From positions 224,001 to 288,000 of the forward strand of contig CAXXVZ010000003.1 in the NCBI GenBank assembly GCA_963678065.2: a stretch of 64,000 nt of DNA, written 5' to 3'. The DNA is from Treponemataceae bacterium. GTDB lineage: Bacteria > Spirochaetota > Spirochaetia > Treponematales > Rectinemataceae. A model generated the notes under the pieces. It ran no database searches and had not been told where the DNA came from. It was given only the letters and a program-made list of their open reading frames with translations. The position numbers were made by a program, and so were the translations under genes. Position 1 is the stretch's first letter; every line of letters begins with the position of its first letter. Positions 48,376 to 57,788 of this stretch are shown here, piece by piece.

Positions 48376-49685
48376 AGGCAATGCGTCAAAATAACTTGAC
48401 TAATATATTGATTATATTATAATGAAGTATGCAAGATCAGGCAACAGTAAAACAAATAGCTTCCAAGTACAACGCACTTGTGCCCATGATGGATGAACGA
48501 ATGCGACGTCAATGGGCGGCGGCTGAAGCAAGAGCGTATGGTCGTGGTGGGATACAGGCAGTCAATACCGCGATTAAGATGTCGCCGAACACAATACGCA
48601 AAGGAATGAATGAGCTGGCATTACGCGAAAGTAATCCGCACGAGAAGATACGCACTCGCGTACGTTTCCCAGGCGGTGGAAGAAAACGATGCAGTGAAAA
48701 CGATCCCGAGTTAAGGGAAAAACTTACGAGCTTAATTGAACCAATGACACGGGGTGATCCAGAGTCGCCACTACAGTGGACGTGCCTGAGCACCAGTAAT
48801 CTTGCAGATACGCTTACACGACAAGGGCACACAGTAAGCCCGCGCACGGTTGGACGGCTACTGAACGCGGAAGGCTACAGTCTACAGAGCAATCGGAAGA
48901 CCAAAGAAGGAACGTCGCATCCGGATCGAAATGCGCAGTTTGAGTATATCAACACCATGGTCAAGCGGTTTCAGCGTAAAGGGAATCCAGTTATCTCGGT
49001 AGATACGAAAAAGAAAGAATTGATTGGGGAATTTCGAAATGGAGGACGAGAATGGCGTCCCAAAGGTGAACCGGAATCTGTAATGGTTCATGACTTCATT
49101 GATACAGAGCTGGGCAAGGCCATACCATACGGAGTCTTCGATATAAGCGAAAACAAGGGCTGGGTCAGTGTAGGAATCGACCACGATACCGCACATTTTG
49201 CTGCCGAAGCCATCCGACGTTGGTGGGAAAAAATGGGTGTGAAACGGTATCGTACTGCAAAAGAATTGCTGATTACCGCTGATGGTGGTGGCAGCAACGG
49301 TAGTCGATGTCGGCTCTGGAAACTTGCATTGCACGAATTAGCGAATCAGCTTGGAATGTCAATTCACGTGTGTCACTTTCCACCAGGTACCAGCAAATGG
49401 AATAAAATCGAGCACCGAATGTTTTGCCATATCACTCAGAACTGGCGAGGCCGACCGTTGATTAGCCACGAGGTAATTATTCAATTGATTGCAAATACAA
49501 CCACTGCAGCGGGACTGAAAATATGCGCAGAATTGGATTCAGGTTCGTATCCACTCGGGATCAAGGTTAGTGATGAAGAACTTGCTGCCCTGAACATTAA
49601 GCAGGCAAAATTCCATGGCGATTGGAACTATGCTTTGCTTCCGACTAAAGAATAAAAGCAGTCAAATTATTTTGGCGCGATGCCT
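48376..49685 (+). mobile_element. ISAzo13-family element
   Basis: IRs AGGCAATGCGTCAAAATAACTTGACT / AGTCAAATTATTTTGGCGCGATGCCT; exact ends uncertain by 1-2 bp. Confidence 0.9.
48429..49655 (+). CDS. ISAzo13 transposase
   Basis: GGGRK, RGDPESPL, SVDTKKKE, TADGGGSN, PPGTSKWNKIEHR, HGDWNY. Confidence 0.95.
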   Translation: MQDQATVKQIASKYNALVPMMDERMRRQWAAAEARAYGRGGIQAVNTAIKMSPNTIRKGMNELALRESNPHEKIRTRVRFPGGGRKRCSENDPELREKLTSLIEPMTRGDPESPLQWTCLSTSNLADTLTRQGHTVSPRTVGRLLNAEGYSLQSNRKTKEGTSHPDRNAQFEYINTMVKRFQRKGNPVISVDTKKKELIGEFRNGGREWRPKGEPESVMVHDFIDTELGKAIPYGVFDISENKGWVSVGIDHDTAHFAAEAIRRWWEKMGVKRYRTAKELLITADGGGSNGSRCRLWKLALHELANQLGMSIHVCHFPPGTSKWNKIEHRMFCHITQNWRGRPLISHEVIIQLIANTTTAAGLKICAELDSGSYPLGIKVSDEELAALNIKQAKFHGDWNYALLPTKE

Positions 49686-49790
49686 TAGTACCCTGGAAGG
49701 AAGTCGAAGAAAAGTATTCGAAGTTGTTCGTAGCTAATAATGGAAGGCCTGCAATCCCCGTTAGAGTAGCGTTAGACGCCCTCATGCTAA
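49686..49790 (+). pseudogene. IS5-family transposase N-terminal fragment
   Basis: LVPWKEVEEKYSKLF..NNGRPAIPVRVALDALM. Confidence 0.7.
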
Positions 49791-49793
49791 ATA

Positions 49794-50681
49794 ATGAAGA
49801 GGCTGCTTGTGAAAAAAAATAATCGTCCATTACTTGCTTTTTCTATCGACTTCGAGAGTTTCACGGAGTCTATGCAGGAGAGTTTTATTATTTCGGACGA
49901 CGTACCTCGTTTTGAAGTGGAATACGAACTTGAAAGAAATGCGGAAGCCTGTCTGGAACAGCTATCTATCCACGGTATAAAAGCCACATTCTTCATGCTC
50001 GGCTGGATTGGTGAAAAGTTCCCAAGAATTGTGAAGCGCATAGCTGCCGAAGGCCATGAGATTGGAAGTCACTCCTTTTATCACAAGCGTCTTTCTGGCC
50101 TGCGCAAGGACGAAGCGAGAGTAGATATCATGCGCTCGAAGAGCGTGCTCGAGAACCTGACCGGACGCCCTGTGCTGGGTTTCAGGGCTCCCGATTTCTC
50201 GCTTGCTGGTGATGGTTGGATTTTAGACTACCTGGTTGAGATAGGTTTTCGGTATGATTCCAGTTCAGTGCCAACTGCGATCCGTGACGACTATGGAAAA
50301 GGTTGGACCAAGACTGAAGTTAACAGACTGCCAAACGGTCTCATAGAATTTCCTATTCCTACCAAAATGTTGGCAGGACGCTTCTCGCTCCCTGTTGGGG
50401 GGGGAGGATACTTTCGGTTGTTTCCTTTTGCCTTGACGCAACGATGGCTTGCTACTGTTACCGATCCTTTGACTTATTTACACCCCTATGAGATTGGTGG
50501 TGTCTTCCCGAGTGATATTTCGATGTCATTCTTGCGTCTCATCCGTCATACATACAACAATGGTCACCTGAATGGAAAGCTTGCTCACTTGTTCGCTAGC
50601 TATAGTGCCGTGCCTATTACGGAATACTTGAGGAGACAACATGATGAACTCTTTGAAAATTCGGAAGCTGCTCCCAAGTGA
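49794..50681 (+). CDS. polysaccharide deacetylase (CE4, DUF3473/PEP-CTERM-locus type)
   Basis: FSIDFE, KATFFMLG, GHEIGSHS..H, GFRAPDFS, YDSS, GGGYFRL, YLHPYE. Confidence 0.92.
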   Translation: MKRLLVKKNNRPLLAFSIDFESFTESMQESFIISDDVPRFEVEYELERNAEACLEQLSIHGIKATFFMLGWIGEKFPRIVKRIAAEGHEIGSHSFYHKRLSGLRKDEARVDIMRSKSVLENLTGRPVLGFRAPDFSLAGDGWILDYLVEIGFRYDSSSVPTAIRDDYGKGWTKTEVNRLPNGLIEFPIPTKMLAGRFSLPVGGGGYFRLFPFALTQRWLATVTDPLTYLHPYEIGGVFPSDISMSFLRLIRHTYNNGHLNGKLAHLFASYSAVPITEYLRRQHDELFENSEAAPK

Positions 50682-51675
50682 TGGGCTGGCAGTAACACAG
50701 CTTTACTTCGATACTTTCGGGATCAAAGTAGACCCCTCCTACTGGGAGTGGAAATACATAAACAACCCTAGTGGACAGATATACACAGAATTAGCATTCG
50801 ATGACGATCGTTGCGTTGGCCAGTATGCGATGCTCCCTATGTCTATCTGTGTAGATGGAGTCGAGACTGATACACTAGTCGCTCTCGACAACATGGTTCA
50901 TCCCGACTACCAGCGGCGGGGAATACTTAAGCAATTAGAGAAGGCTTTGGCTGAGGATCGACCCAACAACATTCCCTACTTTACTTTTCTCAATGAAAAC
51001 TCCTTTCCCATGTACATAAAGCACTTTGGTTGGACCTATATGGGTCCGCTAGACGTTTTTATGAAACCGCTAGGTGTTAGCTCACTGGCCATGCGAAACC
51101 GCGCGTGGGGTATCCTTAATCCATTTTTTGCGGCCTATCGCCGATTCCATGCAAACCGCGATAACCATCTGACTGCCGAACCTTTTACCGTATTCGGCGA
51201 AGAGATCGAAGCTTTGTGGAATCGTACCAAGGCGAGTCTCGGTGTTACTCTCAATCGTAGTCAGCGTTTTTTGCAGTGGCGTTTCAGCGAAGCACCAATC
51301 GCCTACGAGAAATATGAAATTCGTGACCATGGAGATCTTCGCGGTTATGCAATAGTACGTATGCAAGAGAAATTCAGGTTGCGCATAGGTTGGCTGCTCG
51401 ATTTACTGGTCGATAATATGGATGATGTCAACACATACGCCAATGCATTGCTTGCGGTTGAAGAGCGACTACTCGACCGTTGCGATTTTCTTTCCCTCAT
51501 TTCACCTTCCATCAACTACGAGAAAGAAGTCAAACATGCTGGCTTCAAGAAAGTTCCCAAAGGATTTCTACCGCACCAGTTCTATTTTTGTGTGCGTCGC
51601 AATGATTATGCCAATGTTGCGGTTCTGGATCGTGAGCATTGGTACTTCACGTGGTCGTTGCATGATGTATTGTAG
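50641..51675 (+). CDS. GNAT-family acyltransferase (double GNAT)
   Basis: YWEWKYINNP, MVHPDYQRRGI, RSQRFLQWRF; overlaps the deacetylase 3' end. Confidence 0.85.
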   Translation: MMNSLKIRKLLPSDGLAVTQLYFDTFGIKVDPSYWEWKYINNPSGQIYTELAFDDDRCVGQYAMLPMSICVDGVETDTLVALDNMVHPDYQRRGILKQLEKALAEDRPNNIPYFTFLNENSFPMYIKHFGWTYMGPLDVFMKPLGVSSLAMRNRAWGILNPFFAAYRRFHANRDNHLTAEPFTVFGEEIEALWNRTKASLGVTLNRSQRFLQWRFSEAPIAYEKYEIRDHGDLRGYAIVRMQEKFRLRIGWLLDLLVDNMDDVNTYANALLAVEERLLDRCDFLSLISPSINYEKEVKHAGFKKVPKGFLPHQFYFCVRRNDYANVAVLDREHWYFTWSLHDVL

Positions 51676-51859
51676 TAGCTATGCTACGATGATTGGCTTC
51701 AAAAACAGTACTCAATAAACCTAAAAAATTACAGTTTTGAAAGCGCCTCAAGAGAATAGATATAATGAGAGTTGCATATGATGTAATAGCAATATATTTG
51801 ATAATCGGTGTACTATATTGAACGTTGTTTATTCATTTCACCAGAAAGAGGTATAAGAA

Positions 51860-52453
51860 TTGAGTAGGCTACTTAAATTTATTGGCAACTTATATTATTA
51901 CATAGTTGGAAATATATGGACACTATTATTATATAATAGAAAGTATTTAAGTGGGGAACTGTTCAAATTCAGTGGTAATGGTTACAGATATATATGCCGC
52001 AGTGCCCCATCACAATTATTTAGACGTATTAATGTAGGAGTACCGTGGCCAGTTTCTCAGCGAATGAATGTATCGGGTTGGAGGAATATCAGTTTTGATC
52101 CCGACGATATGCATATATTTCAAATGAGTGGTGTTTATTTTCAGGCGCTTGATGCCCCGATTACTATCGGGAAAGGCATATGGATTGCTCCAAACGTTGG
52201 AATAATCACAACAAATCACGATTTTAACGATCTAGGTCGTCATACCAAAGGGGAAGCTGTTATAATCGGTGAAAACTGCTGGCTAGGGATGAATAGTATA
52301 ATTCTACCAGGAGTGAAGCTCGGAAGTCGAACGATTGTCGGTGCCGGGAGTGTTGTTACTAAGAGCTTTCTAGAAGGAAATTTAATTATTGCAGGGAATC
52401 CAGCGCAAGTGATACGTATGTTAGGTGATACGACGCGAGATAACAATGAATAG
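51860..52453 (+). CDS. hexapeptide-repeat O-acyltransferase
   Basis: ITIGKGIWIAPNVGIITTNH, IGENCWLG..ILPGV..VGAGSVVTK..AGNPA. Confidence 0.92.
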   Translation: MSRLLKFIGNLYYYIVGNIWTLLLYNRKYLSGELFKFSGNGYRYICRSAPSQLFRRINVGVPWPVSQRMNVSGWRNISFDPDDMHIFQMSGVYFQALDAPITIGKGIWIAPNVGIITTNHDFNDLGRHTKGEAVIIGENCWLGMNSIILPGVKLGSRTIVGAGSVVTKSFLEGNLIIAGNPAQVIRMLGDTTRDNNE

Positions 52454-53543
52454 TACTAGTTGTATAACTCAAGAACAAATATTCAAAAAAAAAATTACAT
52501 TAATATCATTCATATTAAGCATTATGGTAATATTTGTTCATGCGAACAACAACAAACAATACAATAATAGCGGATTTGCTTATTGGTGCGAATATCTTGT
52601 TTCCGAAAATTTATGTCGCATGGCGGTTCCTCTATTTTTTGCAATAAGCGGTTTTCAGTTCTATAAAACCTATAGCTGGGATAGAATAAGGTATAAATAC
52701 AAAACGCGTTTTTTTAGCTTGATTTTGCCGTATTTTATTTGGAATTCGATATGGATGATCGTCTTTTACTTCATATCTAAGCTGCCAATAATAAATAGTG
52801 CGCCATTTTCGATGACCTGGGAAAATATATTCTACGGTATATTCTTATATAGGTACTGTTCCGTGTTTTGGTTCATGTTTCAATTGATATTTTTTGTCCT
52901 TATTAATCCTGTAATATATATAGCAATAAAGAACAAGAATGTCGGTGCAATTCTACTCGTTGGATTGTATATTGTATACGGATTTGGCATAAGTAAAGTA
53001 ATAACTGTAATTAGAATTGATTCTTTGATTTATTATTTAATCGGATCATATGCTGCAATTCATTTTAAAGAATTCGTATACTCATCAGAAAAAATTAAGG
53101 GTATAATAGGCTTTATAATGATAGTGATATCTCAGATATTATTTGCAATTAATTATAACCTCAATTTTGCTATAGTAGACATATTGATATTAACCATAGG
53201 CATGATTGGTTTTTTCTTTGTATTTTGCTTGATTAAAGATTCGAAAATCAAAGTTACTTGGTTTATGCAATCGACTTTTATATTATATGCTATGCATGGG
53301 CTGATATTGGAAACAATAAAGAAATTTGTGTTTTTAGTATTACCTCATACGCACATCATTTCTATTTTGAGCTACTTTTCCTCTCTGGTTATTACGATTT
53401 TTATAATATATGTTTTTATAGGTGTTATTAGCAAACACTTGCCAAAGATATATATGTTACTTTCAGGAGGAAGAAAACCACCCTTACTCGAAAGACAAAC
53501 AGATATTACAAATTCGACCAATAAGAAAGGAGTTATCAAATGA
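52446..53543 (+). CDS. acyltransferase-3 (OafA-like) membrane O-acyltransferase
   Basis: VIFVH, AVPLFFAISGF, RFFSLILPY, FWFM, YAMH; about 10 TM. Confidence 0.9.
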   Translation: MNSTSCITQEQIFKKKITLISFILSIMVIFVHANNNKQYNNSGFAYWCEYLVSENLCRMAVPLFFAISGFQFYKTYSWDRIRYKYKTRFFSLILPYFIWNSIWMIVFYFISKLPIINSAPFSMTWENIFYGIFLYRYCSVFWFMFQLIFFVLINPVIYIAIKNKNVGAILLVGLYIVYGFGISKVITVIRIDSLIYYLIGSYAAIHFKEFVYSSEKIKGIIGFIMIVISQILFAINYNLNFAIVDILILTIGMIGFFFVFCLIKDSKIKVTWFMQSTFILYAMHGLILETIKKFVFLVLPHTHIISILSYFSSLVITIFIIYVFIGVISKHLPKIYMLLSGGRKPPLLERQTDITNSTNKKGVIK

Positions 53544-54763
53544 TAAATGTAGTAGGTCTTGGATACATAGGGCTTCCCACAGCGTTGATGTTTGCGTCCC
53601 ATGGTGTAAAAGTTGTAGGCACTGACCAAAATAGAGAACTTATAACGAAGCTGAATAAAGGTGAAACGACCTTCAAAGAGGATGGGCTAGATGAGCTGTT
53701 CAACGCTGCTGTTTCGAAAGGGATAAAATTTTCGACCGAATATATATCAACTGATATATATATTGTAGCTGTAGCGACTCCATATGACAAGAAAAGCAAA
53801 AAAATCGACGCCTGTTATGTGACGGCAGCAATAAAAAACGTGATGACGGTATGTCCAAAAGGAGCCACTATTATCCTTGAATCTACAGTTTCGCCTGGCA
53901 CAATTGACCGGTATGTTCGCCCTATCATTGAAGCAGATGGTTTTACTATCGGGAAAGACATCAACCTCGTTCATGCACCAGAGCGTATCATTCCCGGAAA
54001 TATGATATATGAGCTGAAACACAACTCGCGCACCATCGGTGCTGACAATAAAGAAATTGGAAAAAAAGTAAAGGATCTTTATTCATCGTTCTGCGAGGGA
54101 GAAATCGTCGTAACAGATATTCGCACAGCCGAAATGACAAAAGTCGTCGAAAATACATTTAGAGATATTAACATTGCCTTTGCCAATGAACTCGCTAAGA
54201 TTTGTCGCAGCGATAATATGGATGTGTACGAGATCATTCGAATCGCTAATATGCATCCCCGTGTAAATATTTTATCACCAGGTCCGGGTGTAGGAGGTCA
54301 CTGTATTTCTGTCGATCCATGGTTTCTTGTAGGCGACTATCCCGGCCTCGCTAACATCATCTTGGCTGCCCGGAAAATTAACGATGGAATGCCGCGATTC
54401 GTCATTCATCGAATTAGCCAAATTATGAAGGAAACCGGACTCAAGGATGTAAAACGTATCGGGCTTTATGGCTTGACTTACAAAGAAAATGTGGATGATA
54501 TACGTGAAAGCCCTACATTACAAATGTTGGAGCAAATGGATGATGCGCTTTCTAGTGGATTAGTACAGGTCTACGATCCTTATGTAACCCTTGATATCGT
54601 TTCGAACCAACATCATAGCTTGAACTCTTTTCTCGACGCCATCGATATGGTTGTTATTATGGTTGGTCATGATGAAATCAAGCAGAATATGGATAAGCTG
54701 ACAGGGAAAATTATATTAGATACACGAAATGTCTGTTCCTTGGCTAGCTTATACAGGTTATAA
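53540..54763 (+). CDS. wecC: UDP-ManNAc dehydrogenase
   Basis: GLGYIGLPTA, ESTVSPGT, PER, KVVENTFRDINIAFANE, GPGVGGHC, YKENVDDIRESP. Confidence 0.9.
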   Translation: MINVVGLGYIGLPTALMFASHGVKVVGTDQNRELITKLNKGETTFKEDGLDELFNAAVSKGIKFSTEYISTDIYIVAVATPYDKKSKKIDACYVTAAIKNVMTVCPKGATIILESTVSPGTIDRYVRPIIEADGFTIGKDINLVHAPERIIPGNMIYELKHNSRTIGADNKEIGKKVKDLYSSFCEGEIVVTDIRTAEMTKVVENTFRDINIAFANELAKICRSDNMDVYEIIRIANMHPRVNILSPGPGVGGHCISVDPWFLVGDYPGLANIILAARKINDGMPRFVIHRISQIMKETGLKDVKRIGLYGLTYKENVDDIRESPTLQMLEQMDDALSSGLVQVYDPYVTLDIVSNQHHSLNSFLDAIDMVVIMVGHDEIKQNMDKLTGKIILDTRNVCSLASLYRL

Positions 54764-54778
54764 GTAATACAAATATAT

Positions 54779-55885
54779 ATGAAGAAAGTAATGTTGATCT
54801 TTGGTACCCGTCCCGAAGCCATAAAGATGTGTCCATTGGTAAATGAACTAAAAACTAGAGAGAGTATACAAACTTTGGTTTGCGTAACGGGTCAACATCG
54901 TCAGATGCTTGATCAGGTTCTGGAAACATTTTGTGTGGTTCCCGACTACGATCTTTCTATTATGAAGGACAAGCAGACACTCTTCGATATTACAGTAAAT
55001 ATCCTGAACCGGATTAAGGTGGTACTTGAGGAAGTAAAGCCAGACATTGTTCTTGTCCACGGTGATACGTCAACGACCTTTGTGACTGCGCTTGCCTGTT
55101 TCTATTTTCAGATTCCAGTTGGCCATGTCGAAGCCGGGCTGCGCACATACAATGTCTATTCCCCTTATCCTGAGGAATTCAATCGTCAAGCGGTTAGTAT
55201 TATTTCCCAATACAATTTCTGCCCGACGGAACTGAGCAAATCAAATCTAATACGGGAAGGTAAAAAAACAGAAACAATTTATGTAACAGGCAATACCGCG
55301 ATCGACGCACTGAAAACCACTGTTCGCACCAACTACACACATCCAAAGCTTGTATGGGCCAAAGGCAGCAGATTAATAATCATCACGGCTCACCGCAGAG
55401 AGAATCTCGGTGAGCCGATGCGCCATATGTTTCACGCAATTCGACGCATTATGGATGAACATCCGGATGTAAAGGCAATTTATCCGATTCATATGAATCC
55501 CATTGTACGGGAAGAGGCCAATGAAGAGCTTGGTGGGTGTGATCGGATTCATATCATTGAACCACTCGACGTAGTAGATTTTCACAACTTCTTGGCGCAT
55601 AGCTATCTGATATTAACCGACAGCGGTGGGGTACAGGAGGAAGCACCGAGTCTAGGAAAACCGGTGCTCGTCATGCGAGATACAACAGAGCGTCCGGAAG
55701 GAATCAAAGCGGGGACTTTAAGGTTGGTTGGAACTGATGAGCAGGGTATTTACTATAATTTCAAGAATTTACTTGAAGATAAAAACGCATACGACGCAAT
55801 GGCGCATGCAAGCAATCCATATGGCGACGGCTTTGCATGTAGAAGAATAGCGGATATTTTAGAGGTTGGACATGTCACTTTTTAA
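54779..55885 (+). CDS. wecB: UDP-GlcNAc 2-epimerase (non-hydrolysing)
   Basis: FGTRPEAIKM, GQHRQM, HGDT, HVEAGLRT, HRREN, DSGGVQEEAP. Confidence 0.95.
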   Translation: MKKVMLIFGTRPEAIKMCPLVNELKTRESIQTLVCVTGQHRQMLDQVLETFCVVPDYDLSIMKDKQTLFDITVNILNRIKVVLEEVKPDIVLVHGDTSTTFVTALACFYFQIPVGHVEAGLRTYNVYSPYPEEFNRQAVSIISQYNFCPTELSKSNLIREGKKTETIYVTGNTAIDALKTTVRTNYTHPKLVWAKGSRLIIITAHRRENLGEPMRHMFHAIRRIMDEHPDVKAIYPIHMNPIVREEANEELGGCDRIHIIEPLDVVDFHNFLAHSYLILTDSGGVQEEAPSLGKPVLVMRDTTERPEGIKAGTLRLVGTDEQGIYYNFKNLLEDKNAYDAMAHASNPYGDGFACRRIADILEVGHVTF

Positions 55886-56921
55886 TAATAAAACTTTGAT
55901 GATTACAGGCGGCACTGGTTCTTTCGGTAACGCCGTACTTAATCGCTTTCTTTCCACCGACATAGGTGAAATTCGTATTTTCTCCCGCGACGAAAAAAAG
56001 CAAGATGACATGCGGCATGAATTTCAGACCAAGAGACCGGAAGTGAGCAACAAAATCAAGTTTTTTATTGGGGATGTGCGCGATTTGGCCTCGGTTGAAA
56101 ACGCTATGCACGGAGTAGATTACATATTCCACGCGGCAGCGCTTAAGCAGGTGCCTTCTTGTGAGTTTTTCCCTCTCGAAGCCGTCAAGACAAATGTTCT
56201 TGGTACAGATAATGTGCTGACTGCAGCGATAGACGAAGGAGTAAATACCATCATTTGCCTTTCCACAGACAAGGCTGCTTATCCCATCAACGCTATGGGG
56301 ACAAGCAAAGCGATGATGGAAAAAGTTATCGTAGCAAAATCGAGAACGGTATCGCCTGAAAAGACTAAAATCTGTTGCACTCGTTACGGCAATGTAATGT
56401 GCTCTCGCGGTAGCGTTATTCCGCTTTGGATCGAGCAAATCAAATCTGGTAATCCGATTACAATCACGGAACCGAGCATGACACGTTTTATTATGTCATT
56501 GGATGAAGCGGTTGATCTAGTGCTGTTCACTTTTGAACATGGTGTTTCCGGCGATATTCTTGTTCAGAAAGCCCCAGCCAGTACAATTGGTGTTTTGGCA
56601 CAAGCTACTAAAGAACTGTTTCACTCTGAGAAGGAAATTAAGATCATTGGTATTCGCCATGGTGAAAAAATGTATGAGACACTCTTAACGAACGAAGAAT
56701 GCGCTCATGCAAAAGACTTGGGAAATTTCTACCGCGTTCCTTGCGATAAACGCGATCTAAACTACGATAAGTACTTTATCAAGGGCGATACCATACGTAA
56801 CCTACTTATAGAGTTTAACTCTAATAACACACAAATACTTGATGTTGAACAGGTCAAAGCTAAACTACTGTCCTTACAATATATCCATGATGAGCTTGAT
56901 ACATGGGAAGCTGCAAAATGA
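55872..56921 (+). CDS. fnlA: UDP-GlcNAc 4,6-dehydratase/5-epimerase (FnlA/CapE/WbvB)
   Basis: TGGTGSFG, SRDEKKQ, AALKQVPSCE, STDKA, RYGNVMCSRGSVIP, GIRHGEK. Confidence 0.92.
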   Translation: MSLFNNKTLMITGGTGSFGNAVLNRFLSTDIGEIRIFSRDEKKQDDMRHEFQTKRPEVSNKIKFFIGDVRDLASVENAMHGVDYIFHAAALKQVPSCEFFPLEAVKTNVLGTDNVLTAAIDEGVNTIICLSTDKAAYPINAMGTSKAMMEKVIVAKSRTVSPEKTKICCTRYGNVMCSRGSVIPLWIEQIKSGNPITITEPSMTRFIMSLDEAVDLVLFTFEHGVSGDILVQKAPASTIGVLAQATKELFHSEKEIKIIGIRHGEKMYETLLTNEECAHAKDLGNFYRVPCDKRDLNYDKYFIKGDTIRNLLIEFNSNNTQILDVEQVKAKLLSLQYIHDELDTWEAAK

Positions 56922-57772
56922 AATTTCTTGTTCTCGGCGCTTCTGGCATGGCTGGACATACAATTGCTATCTATCTCAAAGAACAGGGATATAATGTCAT
57001 TGGCTTTGTTCGCCATGAAGTGCCTTTTATACCATGTGTGACTGGCGACGCTATGGATATCGGATTTCTACGTGAGCTGATCTACCATGGAGGATTCGAT
57101 TCTGTTATCAACTGCATCGGTATTTTGAACCAACCTGCCGAGCAACACAAAGACCAGGCCGTGTTTGTTAACTCATATCTTCCGCATTTTCTTGCTGATG
57201 TGACTAGCGGGACAAATACACAAATCATTCATATGAGCACCGATTGTGTGTTCTCAGGCAAAATAGGCAACTACATGGAGTCTTCCTTGCGTGACGGTGT
57301 GACTTTCTATGACCGTACAAAGGCACTTGGAGAGCTAGAAGACGATAAGAACATAACTCTACGCAATTCAATTGTAGGTCCAGATATTGACCCTGAAGGA
57401 ATCGGTTTACTCAACTGGTTTATGAAGCAGAATGGAGAGATAAAGGGATATACTGGCGCTATGTGGACAGGTATGACAACGCTACAACTTGCGAAAATAA
57501 TGGAAAAGACCGCTGAGCAGAGGGTGCATGGCCTATATAACATGGTTCCCAATCATAACATTAGTAAATATGAGCTTCTGAAGCTGTTTAACCATTATAT
57601 TCGGCACGATGCTGTGCAAATTAGTCCTTATGACGGCTTTACCGCAGATAAAACCTTGGTACGGACACGGTTCGACTTTGCAGAAATCGTGCCCGACTAT
57701 GCGATAATGGTGCGCGAAATGGCGGATTGGATGCGGGCGCATTCTTACCTATATCCACACTATGCTCTGTAA
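56918..57772 (+). CDS. RmlD-like NDP-sugar 4-reductase (QnlA/WbvR type)
   Basis: LGASGMAG, HMSTDCVFSG, YDRTK; about 284 aa with no C-terminal cupin, unlike FnlB. Confidence 0.82.
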   Translation: MKFLVLGASGMAGHTIAIYLKEQGYNVIGFVRHEVPFIPCVTGDAMDIGFLRELIYHGGFDSVINCIGILNQPAEQHKDQAVFVNSYLPHFLADVTSGTNTQIIHMSTDCVFSGKIGNYMESSLRDGVTFYDRTKALGELEDDKNITLRNSIVGPDIDPEGIGLLNWFMKQNGEIKGYTGAMWTGMTTLQLAKIMEKTAEQRVHGLYNMVPNHNISKYELLKLFNHYIRHDAVQISPYDGFTADKTLVRTRFDFAEIVPDYAIMVREMADWMRAHSYLYPHYAL

Positions 57773-57788
57773 ATATGGAGAAAAGTTG

